A DNA stretch of 64,000 bases from IMG/VR virus record IMGVR_UViG_3300031088_000793, one strand, 5' to 3'. Both the position numbers and the translations under genes were made by a program. This DNA comes from a virus. Its lineage: Duplodnaviria; Heunggongvirae; Uroviricota; Caudoviricetes. The notes below the pieces were generated by a model. That model ran no database searches, had not been told where the DNA came from, and saw only the letters and a program-made list of their open reading frames with translations. Numbering within the stretch: position 1 is the first letter of the stretch; the number at the start of each line of letters is the position of its first letter. Positions 48,191 to 57,433 of this stretch are shown one piece after another.

Positions 48191-48808
48191 GTGGCTATCG
48201 AATCCACCACGCAGCACATCCTCGACAAGCTCTCCGAGACCCACAATCTCTCCATGCGGAGGGCGAAGTTCGGCGAGGCAGACGGCCTCAACAAGGCCAT
48301 GACCATCCTGATCTGCAGGGTCGCCGAGGAGGGACCCGGGTTCACTCCGGATTCACTCCGGGCCGTGACGAGGCACCTCCGAGAGAAGGCTCGAAGCTCC
48401 GGCTTCTACGAGTCCGTCCAGGGAGGCCTGACCACGGCCGCTGACCTCATCGATCAGATCGCCGAGACCTACGGGGTCTACGAAGCGACGGATGAGGAAG
48501 AAGCGCCTTCGGTCCTCCCGGAGCCCGTGATCCCCGCCCCCATCGGCGAGATCGTCAGCCTCGACACCGACCCCCGGGCTGAGCGCGAGCGGATCCAGGG
48601 CTTCCTCCAGGCCGCAGAGCTCGAGCTCCTCGCCTGGGCCAGCGGCAATCGCTCCAGCAACAACGAGCAGCTCAACGCCGAGGCGAGCCCCGAGGATCGC
48701 GGTGAGACCCTGGTCCGCATCGCTCAGCAGGACGCCGCAGAGCTGGAGCTCGCCATCCGGAAGGTCGAGGCGCTCCGGCTCCTCCTCGCCGGTCTGCCCA
48801 CCAGCTGA
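48191..48808 (+). CDS. hypothetical protein
   Basis: C-half AE.EL..W..G...V.AL..LL shared with 48858-49352. Confidence 0.7.
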   Translation: MAIESTTQHILDKLSETHNLSMRRAKFGEADGLNKAMTILICRVAEEGPGFTPDSLRAVTRHLREKARSSGFYESVQGGLTTAADLIDQIAETYGVYEATDEEEAPSVLPEPVIPAPIGEIVSLDTDPRAERERIQGFLQAAELELLAWASGNRSSNNEQLNAEASPEDRGETLVRIAQQDAAELELAIRKVEALRLLLAGLPTS

Positions 48809-48857
48809 CTCCAGCTTCCGGCAAGATCCTAGACAGCACAGAAGAAGGGGCCGCCCT

Positions 48858-49352
48858 ATGGCCATGATCCATCAGGAATTGAAGCGAGACATCCTCGAGC
48901 TCAACGCCGATGCCGCTCGAGTCGAGCAGTGGGACAGTACCGCCGTCTATCTCAAGGCTGTGCGGTACCTCGCCACCCTCCAGGGCTCCGGCACCGAGGA
49001 CGGACTCACTCTCCGACAGTTCTACGCGCACTACGCGGGGAACGCTGGCTATCAGGGCTACACGGACGGCGAGCGAACGGCTATCCGCAACCTCATGGGG
49101 CTCGCTGAGGCCGCAGGTGCCCGGATCGGCGTGAAGGCCACCGTCGCTCCCCTGAAGCCCCGGACCGCGATCCAGAAGCTCCAGGACCAGATCAGCGATG
49201 CTGAGTGCGAGCTTGAGCTCTGGGTCAACGGCACTGCCGGCAGCGAGGGCTTCGAGCACTCGAAGAGCCTGCGGGAAGCCCTGGAGCGAGTCCAGGCGCT
49301 GCAGATCCTCCTGAGCTCCACTCTGAGGAGGCGCTCTGATGGCTGGGGATAG
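48858..49352 (+). CDS. hypothetical protein, paralog of 48191-48808
   Basis: start MAMIHQE at 48858. Confidence 0.65.
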   Translation: MAMIHQELKRDILELNADAARVEQWDSTAVYLKAVRYLATLQGSGTEDGLTLRQFYAHYAGNAGYQGYTDGERTAIRNLMGLAEAAGARIGVKATVAPLKPRTAIQKLQDQISDAECELELWVNGTAGSEGFEHSKSLREALERVQALQILLSSTLRRRSDGWG

Positions 49353-49515
49353 CGGCGAGCAGAAAGACTACACCGAGGCTGAGGTGCAGGAGCTCCTCTT
49401 CTCCAACATCCGGAGCCTCGGCATCGACAAGACCCTGGAGGAGATCCTCCAGCGCAGAGAGAACGAGACCCGAGCAGCTGCTCAGGAGAACGGAGCCACC
49501 GATGGCCAAGGCTGA
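49339..49515 (+). CDS. 58 aa hypothetical protein (not in ORF track)
   Basis: MAGDSGEQKDY...; GGAGG SD; overlaps both neighbours. Confidence 0.55.
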   Translation: MAGDSGEQKDYTEAEVQELLFSNIRSLGIDKTLEEILQRRENETRAAAQENGATDGQG

Positions 49516-49801
49516 AGACAAAGAGCAGGAAGGCTCCGGACTGGGGTTCCTGGCAACGCTCAATGAGGATCTGCTCACGGCGGCCCTCGACGGCATCGAG
49601 AGCGCTCAGGGGAAGCTCCGGCCCAACACGCTCCTTCCCTTCGGCGAGGACGAGTCGCTGCTCACCGACGGAGAGCGGGAGGACACCGAGGCTGGTCAGC
49701 GCGCTGTGCTCAACGGCATGACCCTGGCTGAGTACCTCGACGACCAGGGCGAGGAAGCCTGGGAGCACTTCGCTCGAGACGCAGAGCGGACGGCTGGCTG
49801 A
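49502..49801 (+). CDS. small acidic hypothetical protein
   Basis: GGAG SD. Confidence 0.65.
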   Translation: MAKAEDKEQEGSGLGFLATLNEDLLTAALDGIESAQGKLRPNTLLPFGEDESLLTDGEREDTEAGQRAVLNGMTLAEYLDDQGEEAWEHFARDAERTAG

Positions 49802-50069
49802 CCATGGCCATCGAGGAGAGCACAGCACAGCAGGAGACCGGAGCCTACGGTCTCGACGAGTATCTCGAGGACATGCTGGACTATCCCGAGGACTGGGCTG
49901 ACTGAGCAGAGGCTCGAATCCGCCCGAAGCTTGGATGGGGCAGCGGAGGGTCTTTCCACCCCGCTGCCCCGCTGTATTGCCTTCGAGGAAACACTATGCC
50001 GACAGCTGACGGAAGTCAACCGTCCCCCACCGATTTTGAAACAGATCCACCGATCCTAGAGGAAGCGCC

Positions 50070-50408
50070 ATGAGCACAGTTGAGAATCCCACAGTCGATC
50101 AGGAGAAGCTGAAGGAGATCGTTCGGATCACCGGCGACCTCGGCCTCATGGGTAGCGGGAGAGCCGCAGTGCTCCCCAGCCTCATCGAGGACCCTCGCTT
50201 CTACATCCCTCGGCCCTACCCGGGTGGCGCTCCCGTCCCCGCTCAGATCATCGACGATCCGGAGCTCGATGTGGCTCTGGTCCTCGTGCTCGAGCCCTCC
50301 ACTGGGCTCCTTCGAGACGCTCGGATCATCAGTGGCGACGACAGCACCCTGAGCGAGGAGCTCATCGACGCGGCCAACATCCAGCTCTCGGCTGTGCTCC
50401 AGGGCTGA
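50070..50408 (+). CDS. hypothetical protein
   Basis: GAGGA SD. Confidence 0.7.
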   Translation: MSTVENPTVDQEKLKEIVRITGDLGLMGSGRAAVLPSLIEDPRFYIPRPYPGGAPVPAQIIDDPELDVALVLVLEPSTGLLRDARIISGDDSTLSEELIDAANIQLSAVLQG

Positions 50409-50420
50409 GAGCAGCCTGCC

Positions 50421-50457
50421 GGTTGCGCTCGCCGGGAGCGAGTGTTAGGTTGACCCC
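50421..50457 (+). promoter_or_regulatory. promoter, leaderless transcript
   Basis: TTGCGC-17-TAGGTT, ATG 7 nt later. Confidence 0.7.
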
Positions 50458-50646
50458 ATGAGCTCCTCCACCTTGAAGAAGTACCTGGGTCAGAACCCGG
50501 TCAACCTGACGGCCATCCTCGCTGCGGTGATCGTGAACCTGGCCGTCGATGACTTCCAGATCGACATCCTCTGCGCTGCGGCAATCGGCAGCTGCGGCTC
50601 TAACCTCTTCCGCAGCGCTCTCAAGATGGGCCGAGAGCCCCGCTGA
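50458..50646 (+). CDS. small membrane protein, leaderless
   Basis: two hydrophobic segments. Confidence 0.65.
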   Translation: MSSSTLKKYLGQNPVNLTAILAAVIVNLAVDDFQIDILCAAAIGSCGSNLFRSALKMGREPR

Positions 50647-50731
50647 CCCACTGCGGGCTGAGCGTCACCATCCGCTCCCTCGGAAACTCTCCGAGTTGCG
50701 CCGGAGCTCCAGGGGATGTTAGCATAGCTCC

Positions 50732-50917
50732 ATGAACCTCAACCTCGACGCTGTGAAGCGCTACATCCGTGCCAACCCCCTCGCCTTCGTCCTCATCGCC
50801 GTGGGTCTCCTCAACGGACTCATGGGCTCGACCCTGTTCTCGATCCTCTTCATCGGTGCCGGCATCTTCGTGCTGGTCCGTCAGGCCCGCAACGGAGGCG
50901 GCCGGGATCGGATCTGA
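50732..50917 (+). CDS. small membrane protein, leaderless
   Basis: TTGCGC-18-TAGCAT, ATG 7 nt later; two TM segments. Confidence 0.7.
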   Translation: MNLNLDAVKRYIRANPLAFVLIAVGLLNGLMGSTLFSILFIGAGIFVLVRQARNGGGRDRI

Positions 50918-50946
50918 TCGCTGACTGATGCTCTCCTCGTAGAGCT

Positions 50947-50980
50947 GTAGCCCCGCACTTGACTTTCGGTGCGGGGCTAC
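50947..50980. terminator. hairpin terminator between convergent genes
   Basis: GTAGCCCCGCAC...GTGCGGGGCTAC. Confidence 0.7.
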
Positions 50981-51001
50981 CTCTCTGTGGATCTGCTCTA
51001 G

Positions 51002-51832
51002 CTACACACCGGTGAGTCCGTCGATGGTCTGCTGGAGCCGAGGGAGCGCTACGCCCGTGCCGTAGATCCAGGAGTGGCCGGGGATCCTGCGAACTCCATA
51101 GGATCCGAGCTCCACTCCAGTCTCAGCGTCCACGATGTCCCAGGACAGCTCTCCCTGCTGCTCGATCCGGACTTCCCGGTAGCGAGAGAGGAAGAGGAAG
51201 GCATCCTCGAGCACCGAGAGCACTCCCTCCACAGTTGGAGGCAGGATGCTGTCGAAGAGCTCAGTCTTTAGGAAGTAGGGGCTGTGGAGCTCATCGTGGG
51301 CCTCGTCCCGGAAGCAGGGCGTCGTGGCCTGAACCCGGCCCAGCTCGTCACCCGAGAGGAGCATGTCGATGAAGGACTGCTCAGCGCTTCCTACGAGGTA
51401 GCCTCCGAAGGTGGCGTAGGGATCCTTGCCCGCTGGGAGCGTCGAATCCATAGCCTCCCGGGAGATCACCCAGGGCACCGCGATGTCCTCGTAGCCGAGC
51501 TCTTCGTAGTGATCCTGAGCGTCCGCGATGATCCTGAAGTTGAAGCGAAGCCGGCGCCTGTAGTCCCTGGTGCCCACCACCTCTGGGGAGACAGTGGGTA
51601 CCACCGAGGGCTCTGGGATCTGCTCCGAAGCCCCTCCTGAGACTGAAGGCGGTGAGATCGTGCTTCCAGCCGGCCGAGCGATGGGGTGGAAGTGGAGCTG
51701 AGCATAGACGATGCCGTGCTCCAGCCCGTGATTGTCGGAGCACCAGCGGCCTGCCTGGGGATCATCGGAAGCTGCTAGCCGAGCCCGGCTCTGGGCTTCG
51801 GATTCCGGTTCGAGTACTCCTCCGGGGGCCAT
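51002..51832 (-). CDS. stand-alone class II aminoacyl-tRNA synthetase-like catalytic domain
   Basis: LVGSAEQ, TPCFRDE (motif 2), F.KTEL, ELGSYG, GTGVALPRL (motif 3); start uncertain. Confidence 0.75.
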   Translation of the reverse strand: MAPGGVLEPESEAQSRARLAASDDPQAGRWCSDNHGLEHGIVYAQLHFHPIARPAGSTISPPSVSGGASEQIPEPSVVPTVSPEVVGTRDYRRRLRFNFRIIADAQDHYEELGYEDIAVPWVISREAMDSTLPAGKDPYATFGGYLVGSAEQSFIDMLLSGDELGRVQATTPCFRDEAHDELHSPYFLKTELFDSILPPTVEGVLSVLEDAFLFLSRYREVRIEQQGELSWDIVDAETGVELGSYGVRRIPGHSWIYGTGVALPRLQQTIDGLTGV

Positions 51833-52119
51833 CAGCTCCTCCGTCCTGAGACGAAGGCCCGGGCAGTGATCGAGGAGAAGGTCTCCAGCTCATCGATGCC
51901 GATGGTGGGATGATGCTTCGCCAGGTAGGCCTTCAGGGCGCCGAAGAGGTCAGCGAGCTCTACGAGGGCCATGAGCGACGAGCCCTGAGCCTCCGCATCC
52001 AGAGCCTCGAGCACTTCTTCGTAGATCTTGGAGAGCTCACCCAGCTCTCCCTTGGGGATGTGCCGGAGGTGGTATCCGGGATTCTCAACTACGGACAGGT
52101 GGGCAAGCGTTTCAGCCAT
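51832..52119 (-). CDS. MazG-like all-alpha NTP pyrophosphatase fold protein
   Basis: KIYEEVLE...VELADL acidic motif. Confidence 0.65.
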   Translation of the reverse strand: MAETLAHLSVVENPGYHLRHIPKGELGELSKIYEEVLEALDAEAQGSSLMALVELADLFGALKAYLAKHHPTIGIDELETFSSITARAFVSGRRS

Positions 52120-52213
52120 GCTCTTTTCCTTTTCGTTGGGACACTATTCTATCGCAGCGCCGGGAAGCATGCTCTCAGCCTGGGGTCAGATTCCTGCCTC
52201 TGAGCCCAGAATT

Positions 52214-52259
52214 CCCCGGCGCGGTGTCGTTGCTGCGCCTCTGTCGCCGGGGCGCTCAG
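52214..52259. repeat. REP-like hairpin, diverged copy
   Basis: CCCCGGC.CGGTGTC...GCCGGGGCGCTCAG. Confidence 0.5.
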
Positions 52260-52289
52260 CGGGGCTCCTAGGGCCTTCTAGTGCGCCTT

Positions 52290-53369
52290 CTACGCCGACT
52301 GACGGAAGTCCAGGGAGTAGCCCGTGCTCACAGTGCGCTCGCCTCGACCCTGGTAGACACTGTTGCTGACCTTGACGGGGAAGCGCAAGTCAGCAGCCAT
52401 CCGCTTCCAGCTCTTCTTAGCCTCGGGAGTCTGCAGCCCAGAGGCTCGGAGCGAAAGGCCCTGCTCAGCTTGCTTTCGAGCCATGAAGACATAGAGGGAC
52501 GCTCCGAGCCCCTGCCCGCGGAGCTCATCCCGGTCGAGATTGATGTAGTCGATGAAGGGCTCAGCGAAGCCCGCTCCGTGGGCGTCGAGCCTGTCGGAGG
52601 CTTCCTTCTGGAGCCGGGAGAGCTCAGTGCGGAGCTCAGCCTCATCCATCGACATCGGCAGCCTGTCTGTGTAGGACCGGAGGTGGCTTTGGGCCTTACC
52701 CACGAACTCGACGAGCTTCTCCTTCGTGTCGAGCTCAGGGATGTCCACCCTAGCCCTGTCGAGCCCCACTGCGCTCTGCTCGGGGCTGTAGTTACCCTCA
52801 GGGTAGTGCAGATCCATGGCGTAGAAGGAATCCCGGTGGCGAGAGTAGCGGAGGCCTCTCCACTCGTCGGAGCCGTAGCTATCATTGAGCGCAGCTGGGC
52901 TGATGTGGGCAGCCTTCGCATAGGCTACGATCTCGCCTTTCCTCAGAGTACGGTAGGTGATCCGAGCTATCCGGTAGCCCTGCTCGATCTCTGAGGAGAT
53001 GTCGTTAGCCTCCACAGAAGCCGCCTCCCAGACCACAGCGAGGGGTCCCAGGGGACTGTCTATGACGGCGATGGCCTGGGGAGTGACTCCGAAGAACTCC
53101 TGCTGAAGCCGGGAGCTGATCTTCTTGATCCAGCGGGGCTGCTTGGAAAGGGGCTCCAGGGAGGCAGTGAGAGCGAGCTCTGTGGCTGGGCTCAGAGCAG
53201 GACCGTCTCCTACTCCGATGTCGGCGAGGAGCTCCTGCTGCCGCTCGTAGATCTTGCGAGCTTCCATGGGGTCAGCGTAGTGGTCACTCTCGCCGCCGAA
53301 GGGACAGGGCTTAGTCCGAGCCTTGCAGACTCCGGGATTGCCCGCCTCATTGATGTGGTACTTCGCCAT
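52290..53369 (-). CDS. MxKYHI Zn-module fused to a large domain ending in a GNAT-like motif
   Basis: MAKYHINEAGNPGVC...PCPFGGESDHY; LRGQGLGASLY. Confidence 0.75.
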   Translation of the reverse strand: MAKYHINEAGNPGVCKARTKPCPFGGESDHYADPMEARKIYERQQELLADIGVGDGPALSPATELALTASLEPLSKQPRWIKKISSRLQQEFFGVTPQAIAVIDSPLGPLAVVWEAASVEANDISSEIEQGYRIARITYRTLRKGEIVAYAKAAHISPAALNDSYGSDEWRGLRYSRHRDSFYAMDLHYPEGNYSPEQSAVGLDRARVDIPELDTKEKLVEFVGKAQSHLRSYTDRLPMSMDEAELRTELSRLQKEASDRLDAHGAGFAEPFIDYINLDRDELRGQGLGASLYVFMARKQAEQGLSLRASGLQTPEAKKSWKRMAADLRFPVKVSNSVYQGRGERTVSTGYSLDFRQSA

Positions 53370-53402
53370 GGACACCCCTTCTGGCAACTAGTAGAGCTGA
53401 AT

Positions 53403-53894
53403 TCAGCTGGCGTCGCGGAGAATGTCTCGGACTACGAAGTGGCTTAGGAGGAGCTTGTCCGTGGATGGCCTATTGGGGGAGATCACTTCCTTGAGCTCAT
53501 CCTTGGCTCCCTGGAAGGCGTCGAGGAGCTTCGGGTCCTGAGTGCTCTCCAGGAGAGCGCCGAAAGTATCGTTGAGGGCCTCGGCGTAGTTGGCGAGCTG
53601 GTAGCCGGTGAAGTCATCCGGGCGGCGCTTGATCTCCTCAAGCCTGTCGGCCATAGAGTTGAGGAAGTAATCTACACTAGACTGGGGAAGCTTAGGGCTC
53701 CAGGCAGGGGTTGCAGCTGCGGCTGTAGCCCCATCAGCAAATGTCTCCATCTGCCTCTCGTAGGCCTCCCGGGCTTCGGGCACGCTGGCATAGTGGTCGC
53801 TCTCGCCGCCGAAGGGGCAGGGCCTGCCGTTTACGGAACGGCCTGCGGAACAGACTCCGGGATTGCCTTCGCCGTTGATGTGGTACTTCTGCAT
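53403..53894 (-). CDS. MxKYHI Zn-module fused to helical domain
   Basis: start MQKYHINGEGNPGVC at 53894. Confidence 0.75.
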   Translation of the reverse strand: MQKYHINGEGNPGVCSAGRSVNGRPCPFGGESDHYASVPEAREAYERQMETFADGATAAAATPAWSPKLPQSSVDYFLNSMADRLEEIKRRPDDFTGYQLANYAEALNDTFGALLESTQDPKLLDAFQGAKDELKEVISPNRPSTDKLLLSHFVVRDILRDAS

Positions 53895-53968
53895 GGTGTG
53901 CTCCTCTTCCTGCAGTTTTCTAACAAAGTAGGCAGCTGCAGGACCCAGGAGCGATTCTGCGCTAGACT

Positions 53969-54033
53969 GCGATCTAAGCCCTGAGAGCCCCGGCACCGTG
54001 TCATCGTCGGACGACAGGCGCCGGGGCGCTCAG
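53969..54033. repeat. REP-like hairpin
   Basis: GCGATCTAAGC...GCCCCGGCACCGTGTCATCG...GACAG.(C)GCCGGGGCGCTCAG, repeated at 61132-61196. Confidence 0.7.
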
Positions 54034-54138
54034 GGAGGTTCCTCGGGTCAGCTAGGCGGTTGCTAGCTCGGCCCTACTGCCGTAAGACATTAGAACCGAT
54101 GCGGAACGCATTTCCCAATATCTAAAGAGGACGCTCCC

Positions 54139-54612
54139 ATGCCTAAGTTCCACATCACCGACGGCGGCGACCCCGCTATCTGCGAAGCCAAGCCCGGAAA
54201 CTGCCCCAAGGGCGAAGACGCTCCCCACGGAGAGTTCGAGTCCCAGGAGGCAGCTCGCTCCTGGGCTGAGGAATCCAACGCGAAGAAGTACGCTACCGTG
54301 CCCGAAGTTGAGAAGCCCAAGAGGACCAAGAAGAACAGGTTCGTCGAGAAGCTCAGCCCAGAGCAGGTCAAGGGCCTCGCCAAGGGCTTCGAGGAGCTCT
54401 ACGAGAACTCGAAGTATGACGACATCAGCCCCGCTCGACTCGATAGGCTCTGGGAGGCCTCCGAGGACGCCAAGCTGTTCGACAAGATGGACGCTGAGGA
54501 TAGGCTCAACTGGGCTCATAGGGCGGCGAATCTAACTGAAACGGTGTCCAATCACCACGACTCAATCGCCGTTGCGAAGATCTACGATGAGCTAGTCGAC
54601 ATGGGGAGCTAG
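54139..54612 (+). CDS. MxK(F/Y)HI Zn-module fused to helical domain
   Basis: MPKFHITDGGDPAICEAKPGNCPK...H. Confidence 0.75.
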   Translation: MPKFHITDGGDPAICEAKPGNCPKGEDAPHGEFESQEAARSWAEESNAKKYATVPEVEKPKRTKKNRFVEKLSPEQVKGLAKGFEELYENSKYDDISPARLDRLWEASEDAKLFDKMDAEDRLNWAHRAANLTETVSNHHDSIAVAKIYDELVDMGS

Positions 54613-54635
54613 CAGCTAGCGAAGCTCACAGACCG

Positions 54636-54664
54636 AAGCCGGGCACATTCTCTGTGCCCGGCTT
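54636..54664 (+). terminator. hairpin terminator
   Basis: AAGCCGGGCACA...TGTGCCCGGCTT. Confidence 0.6.
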
Positions 54665-54727
54665 TAGCTCTGTCAGGAGCAGGTCCCTGCGATTACTCTG
54701 TCACTCCAGAGAGACCCTCGGAGGAGG

Positions 54728-55021
54728 CTACTCGACGAAGCTGTAGTCCTTGACGACCACAGTGCGCTCAGTCTGCTCGACCTCCTTGAGGGGCTGGGGG
54801 TACTTGTAGACCTCGCCCTCGCCCATGTGGACAGCGAGCTCACCTCCGAAGAGCGTCCCCTCCTCGTCCTGAACCACGAGGAGGTAGATCAGTCCGCCGT
54901 GGCTGTCGTGCTCCTGGGTGTCGTGGAGCGCTACGAAGCTCACGCCCACGATGTCAGCGTGCTCCTCCTGCTCGTAGAGCTCCCGCACAGTGCTCTCGTC
55001 GAGATTCAGTGTCTTAGCCAT
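54728..55021 (-). CDS. small acidic hypothetical protein
   Basis: start MAKTLNL with GAAGGG SD. Confidence 0.65.
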   Translation of the reverse strand: MAKTLNLDESTVRELYEQEEHADIVGVSFVALHDTQEHDSHGGLIYLLVVQDEEGTLFGGELAVHMGEGEVYKYPQPLKEVEQTERTVVVKDYSFVE

Positions 55022-55076
55022 GGTGTTGCCCTTCTGTCTGTTGCCCTGTGGATGGAGTGGGATCGGAGCTCGAGGC

Positions 55077-55916
55077 TCAGACCTTCCACCAGCTGTCGGT
55101 GGGTGCAACGGGAGGCTGACGCTTGTGCTCAGTGGCTGCGTAGCGGCGCTCCAGGATCTCGGTCGAGTAGGGATCGATCTCCTCGCCGCGGAGGAAGCCG
55201 TCGATCTGTGCGTAGCTCACGCCGAGGCTGTCCTCGTCGGGCTGGGCGGGGATGCCGTCGAGGAGGTCAGCAGTGGGAGCCTTCTCGTAGAGCCGAGCGG
55301 GAGCGTCGAGCTCCTTCAGCATGGCGGCACCCTGGGACTTCGTGAGACCCGAGAGGGGGAGCACATCGGCAGCGCCGTCGCCGAACTTGGTGAAGAAGCC
55401 AGTCACGGCCTCCGCAGCGTGGTCCGTGCCGATGACCAGGAGCTTGAGCTCTCCGGCGATGGCATACTGAGCCACCATCCGCATCCGGGCCTTGATGTTG
55501 CCCCGATGGAAGTCGGCCACATCGAAGCCCAGACCCTCGCTCACCGAGCTGGCGATGGCATCGACTCCGGGTGCCACATCGACCACGACGGTCGAGACGG
55601 GCTGGATGAAGGAGAGCGCGAGCTGAGCGTCCTCCTCATCCTTCTGCACACCGTAGGGGAGCCGAACGGCCACGAAGTCGTAGGACTTGCTCTTGTCGCT
55701 CTCGTCGGCCTGGAGCCGCTCCACGGCGAGCTGTGCGAGCCTGCCAGCGAGGCTGGAGTCCTGGCCGCCGGAGATGCCGAGGACGAAGCCTCGAACTCCA
55801 GGGACCGAGCGAGCGTAGTCCACGAGGAAGGAGACCCGGCGCTCGATCTCCTCTCGGGGATCGATCTCGGGCTTCGAGCCCAGGGCTTCGATGATCTGAT
55901 GCTGCAGTTCGCTCAT
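55077..55916 (-). CDS. nadE: NH3-dependent NAD+ synthetase
   Basis: GISGGQDS, GNIKARMRM, GTDHAAE..TGFFTKFGDG, KAPTADL, TEHKR. Confidence 0.95.
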   Translation of the reverse strand: MSELQHQIIEALGSKPEIDPREEIERRVSFLVDYARSVPGVRGFVLGISGGQDSSLAGRLAQLAVERLQADESDKSKSYDFVAVRLPYGVQKDEEDAQLALSFIQPVSTVVVDVAPGVDAIASSVSEGLGFDVADFHRGNIKARMRMVAQYAIAGELKLLVIGTDHAAEAVTGFFTKFGDGAADVLPLSGLTKSQGAAMLKELDAPARLYEKAPTADLLDGIPAQPDEDSLGVSYAQIDGFLRGEEIDPYSTEILERRYAATEHKRQPPVAPTDSWWKV

Positions 55917-56026
55917 TGCTGTGCTTCCTCTAGGGGACTCGGGTCAAGCTGTGGGCTATCGTAGTGAGAGCTTCGTTTCCATGCTACACCGTTTCGCGCA
56001 GCGCTGTCAACAGCTCCCCCGGCGGG

Positions 56027-56221
56027 CTACCTCGAAGTGAGCTCAGCATCAGCCTCGACGCCCCGGCACCTGTAGGTTGCGTCGTGACCACCTTCCGGAG
56101 TGGTCTCCATGTAGGTCCCGGGTGGGAACCAGCCCAGGGGCTCCTCCGCGCGCTTGGGCCAGTGGTGGACAAAGACATGGGTCCCGTGGACAGCTGTTTC
56201 GGGGCATTCCTTGACGAACAT
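56027..56221 (-). CDS. small hypothetical protein
   Basis: AAGGAG SD. Confidence 0.55.
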   Translation of the reverse strand: MFVKECPETAVHGTHVFVHHWPKRAEEPLGWFPPGTYMETTPEGGHDATYRCRGVEADAELTSR

Positions 56222-56265
56222 CGGTTCTCCTTAGTGGTCGTGGTGAGGTGGTTGGATGGATCGGC

Positions 56266-57201
56266 CTAGAGCTCTAGGACTCCGTAGGAACTCCGAGAGT
56301 AGGGGTATCCAGGACGCCCCTCTTCCTCCAGGGTGATGATGTCCCCGTCGAGGGTGAAGGTGAAGACCACTCCAGTGACATCGCGGAGCACGAAGTCCTT
56401 GCTCCGGAGCCCGAGGCCGTCGAAGAATCCCTGCAGATCATCCGGATACTGGCTAAGGAAGATCCGAAGGCTATTGAGCTGGGATCTATCTGTGGCCCTG
56501 CCGTAGAGCGGATCCACTGAGGTAGCCAGGAGGCTGTAGGAGCTAGACCACTTCTCGAAGAAGCTGCCGCCATCGCCGTTGGTGTGGTAGCGAGGGAGAT
56601 TGAGCTCTCCGGCAGGTCTGCCTTCGATGAGCGCAGAGAGCTGGTCTTCGGTGATGGGGAGCAGCGTGAAGCGGTCCTGGATGTCAGTGTGACGAGCTAT
56701 GCTCACTCCGAAGATCCCCAGCCGATCACCCTCGAGGAAGATCGTGTCCATGCCGGCGCCGATCCGTGCCCCGTAGTGATGGAGGAAGGGCTCCAGAGCT
56801 GGAGCGTCAGCACCGAGCAGTCCCCCGCGCTGCAGCACTCGATACTCCCAGATGTTCTCAGCTCCGGCATCTTCGAGGAGCTGTAGCCGTCTCCCGATCT
56901 CTCTGAGGAGGTCCCGGGTTCCGTCGAAGTGAGAGAGCCCCGCGGCCTTGATGGTGCTGAGATAGGCAGGGTTGCCGAAGTCGTAGCTGAGCTCAGGGTA
57001 GGCTGAGGAGTAGATGCTCTCCTCACCGATGAGCCGAAAGTGAGGGTAGAGCGCGGTGTACCTCTGAGCTGGAAATGCTGAGAAGGTCCGGAGCTCGTGG
57101 AGTGGCTCATCGACGGCCTTGAGCGCTGAGAGGTAGGAGAGACCGTGGGTCTCTGCGAAGTCCTTGGCTCGCTTCTTCAGTGCCTTGTTCGCTGTTGCCA
57201 T
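56266..57201 (-). CDS. basic N-terminal module + FtsK-remnant family, paralog 1
   Basis: N..LK..A..F...HGLSY..ALKAVDEPLHELR; E..RR...L...G..NIW.YR; EPF.HHY. Confidence 0.8.
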   Translation of the reverse strand: MATANKALKKRAKDFAETHGLSYLSALKAVDEPLHELRTFSAFPAQRYTALYPHFRLIGEESIYSSAYPELSYDFGNPAYLSTIKAAGLSHFDGTRDLLREIGRRLQLLEDAGAENIWEYRVLQRGGLLGADAPALEPFLHHYGARIGAGMDTIFLEGDRLGIFGVSIARHTDIQDRFTLLPITEDQLSALIEGRPAGELNLPRYHTNGDGGSFFEKWSSSYSLLATSVDPLYGRATDRSQLNSLRIFLSQYPDDLQGFFDGLGLRSKDFVLRDVTGVVFTFTLDGDIITLEEEGRPGYPYSRSSYGVLEL

Positions 57202-57389
57202 GGGGTTAGCCGATTCCGTGGTTCACTACCCTGCGCCTACCGAACCACTGTCTGCTGAGCTTGGCGGCATCTGTCTGTTGAAGTGGAGCAAGAGCGGCCG
57301 CCATCGAATAGCTGTCTGGAATGTGATCGACCCGCGCAGGGAGTCGAAACCAGGAGCCCGATCCGCAGGGCTCACTGGCTACGCTATCA
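57202..57389 (-). ncRNA. structured leader RNA class C, copy 1 (TGATAGCGT promoter)
   Basis: GAGCCC/GGGCTC hairpin, CTGGTTTCGACTC, CCTGCGC/GCGCAGG helix; four homologous copies. Confidence 0.75.
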
Positions 57390-57433
57390 CACTTCCAGCA
57401 GAGCTCCAAACAGCTGACGGACGATCTGAGTGC

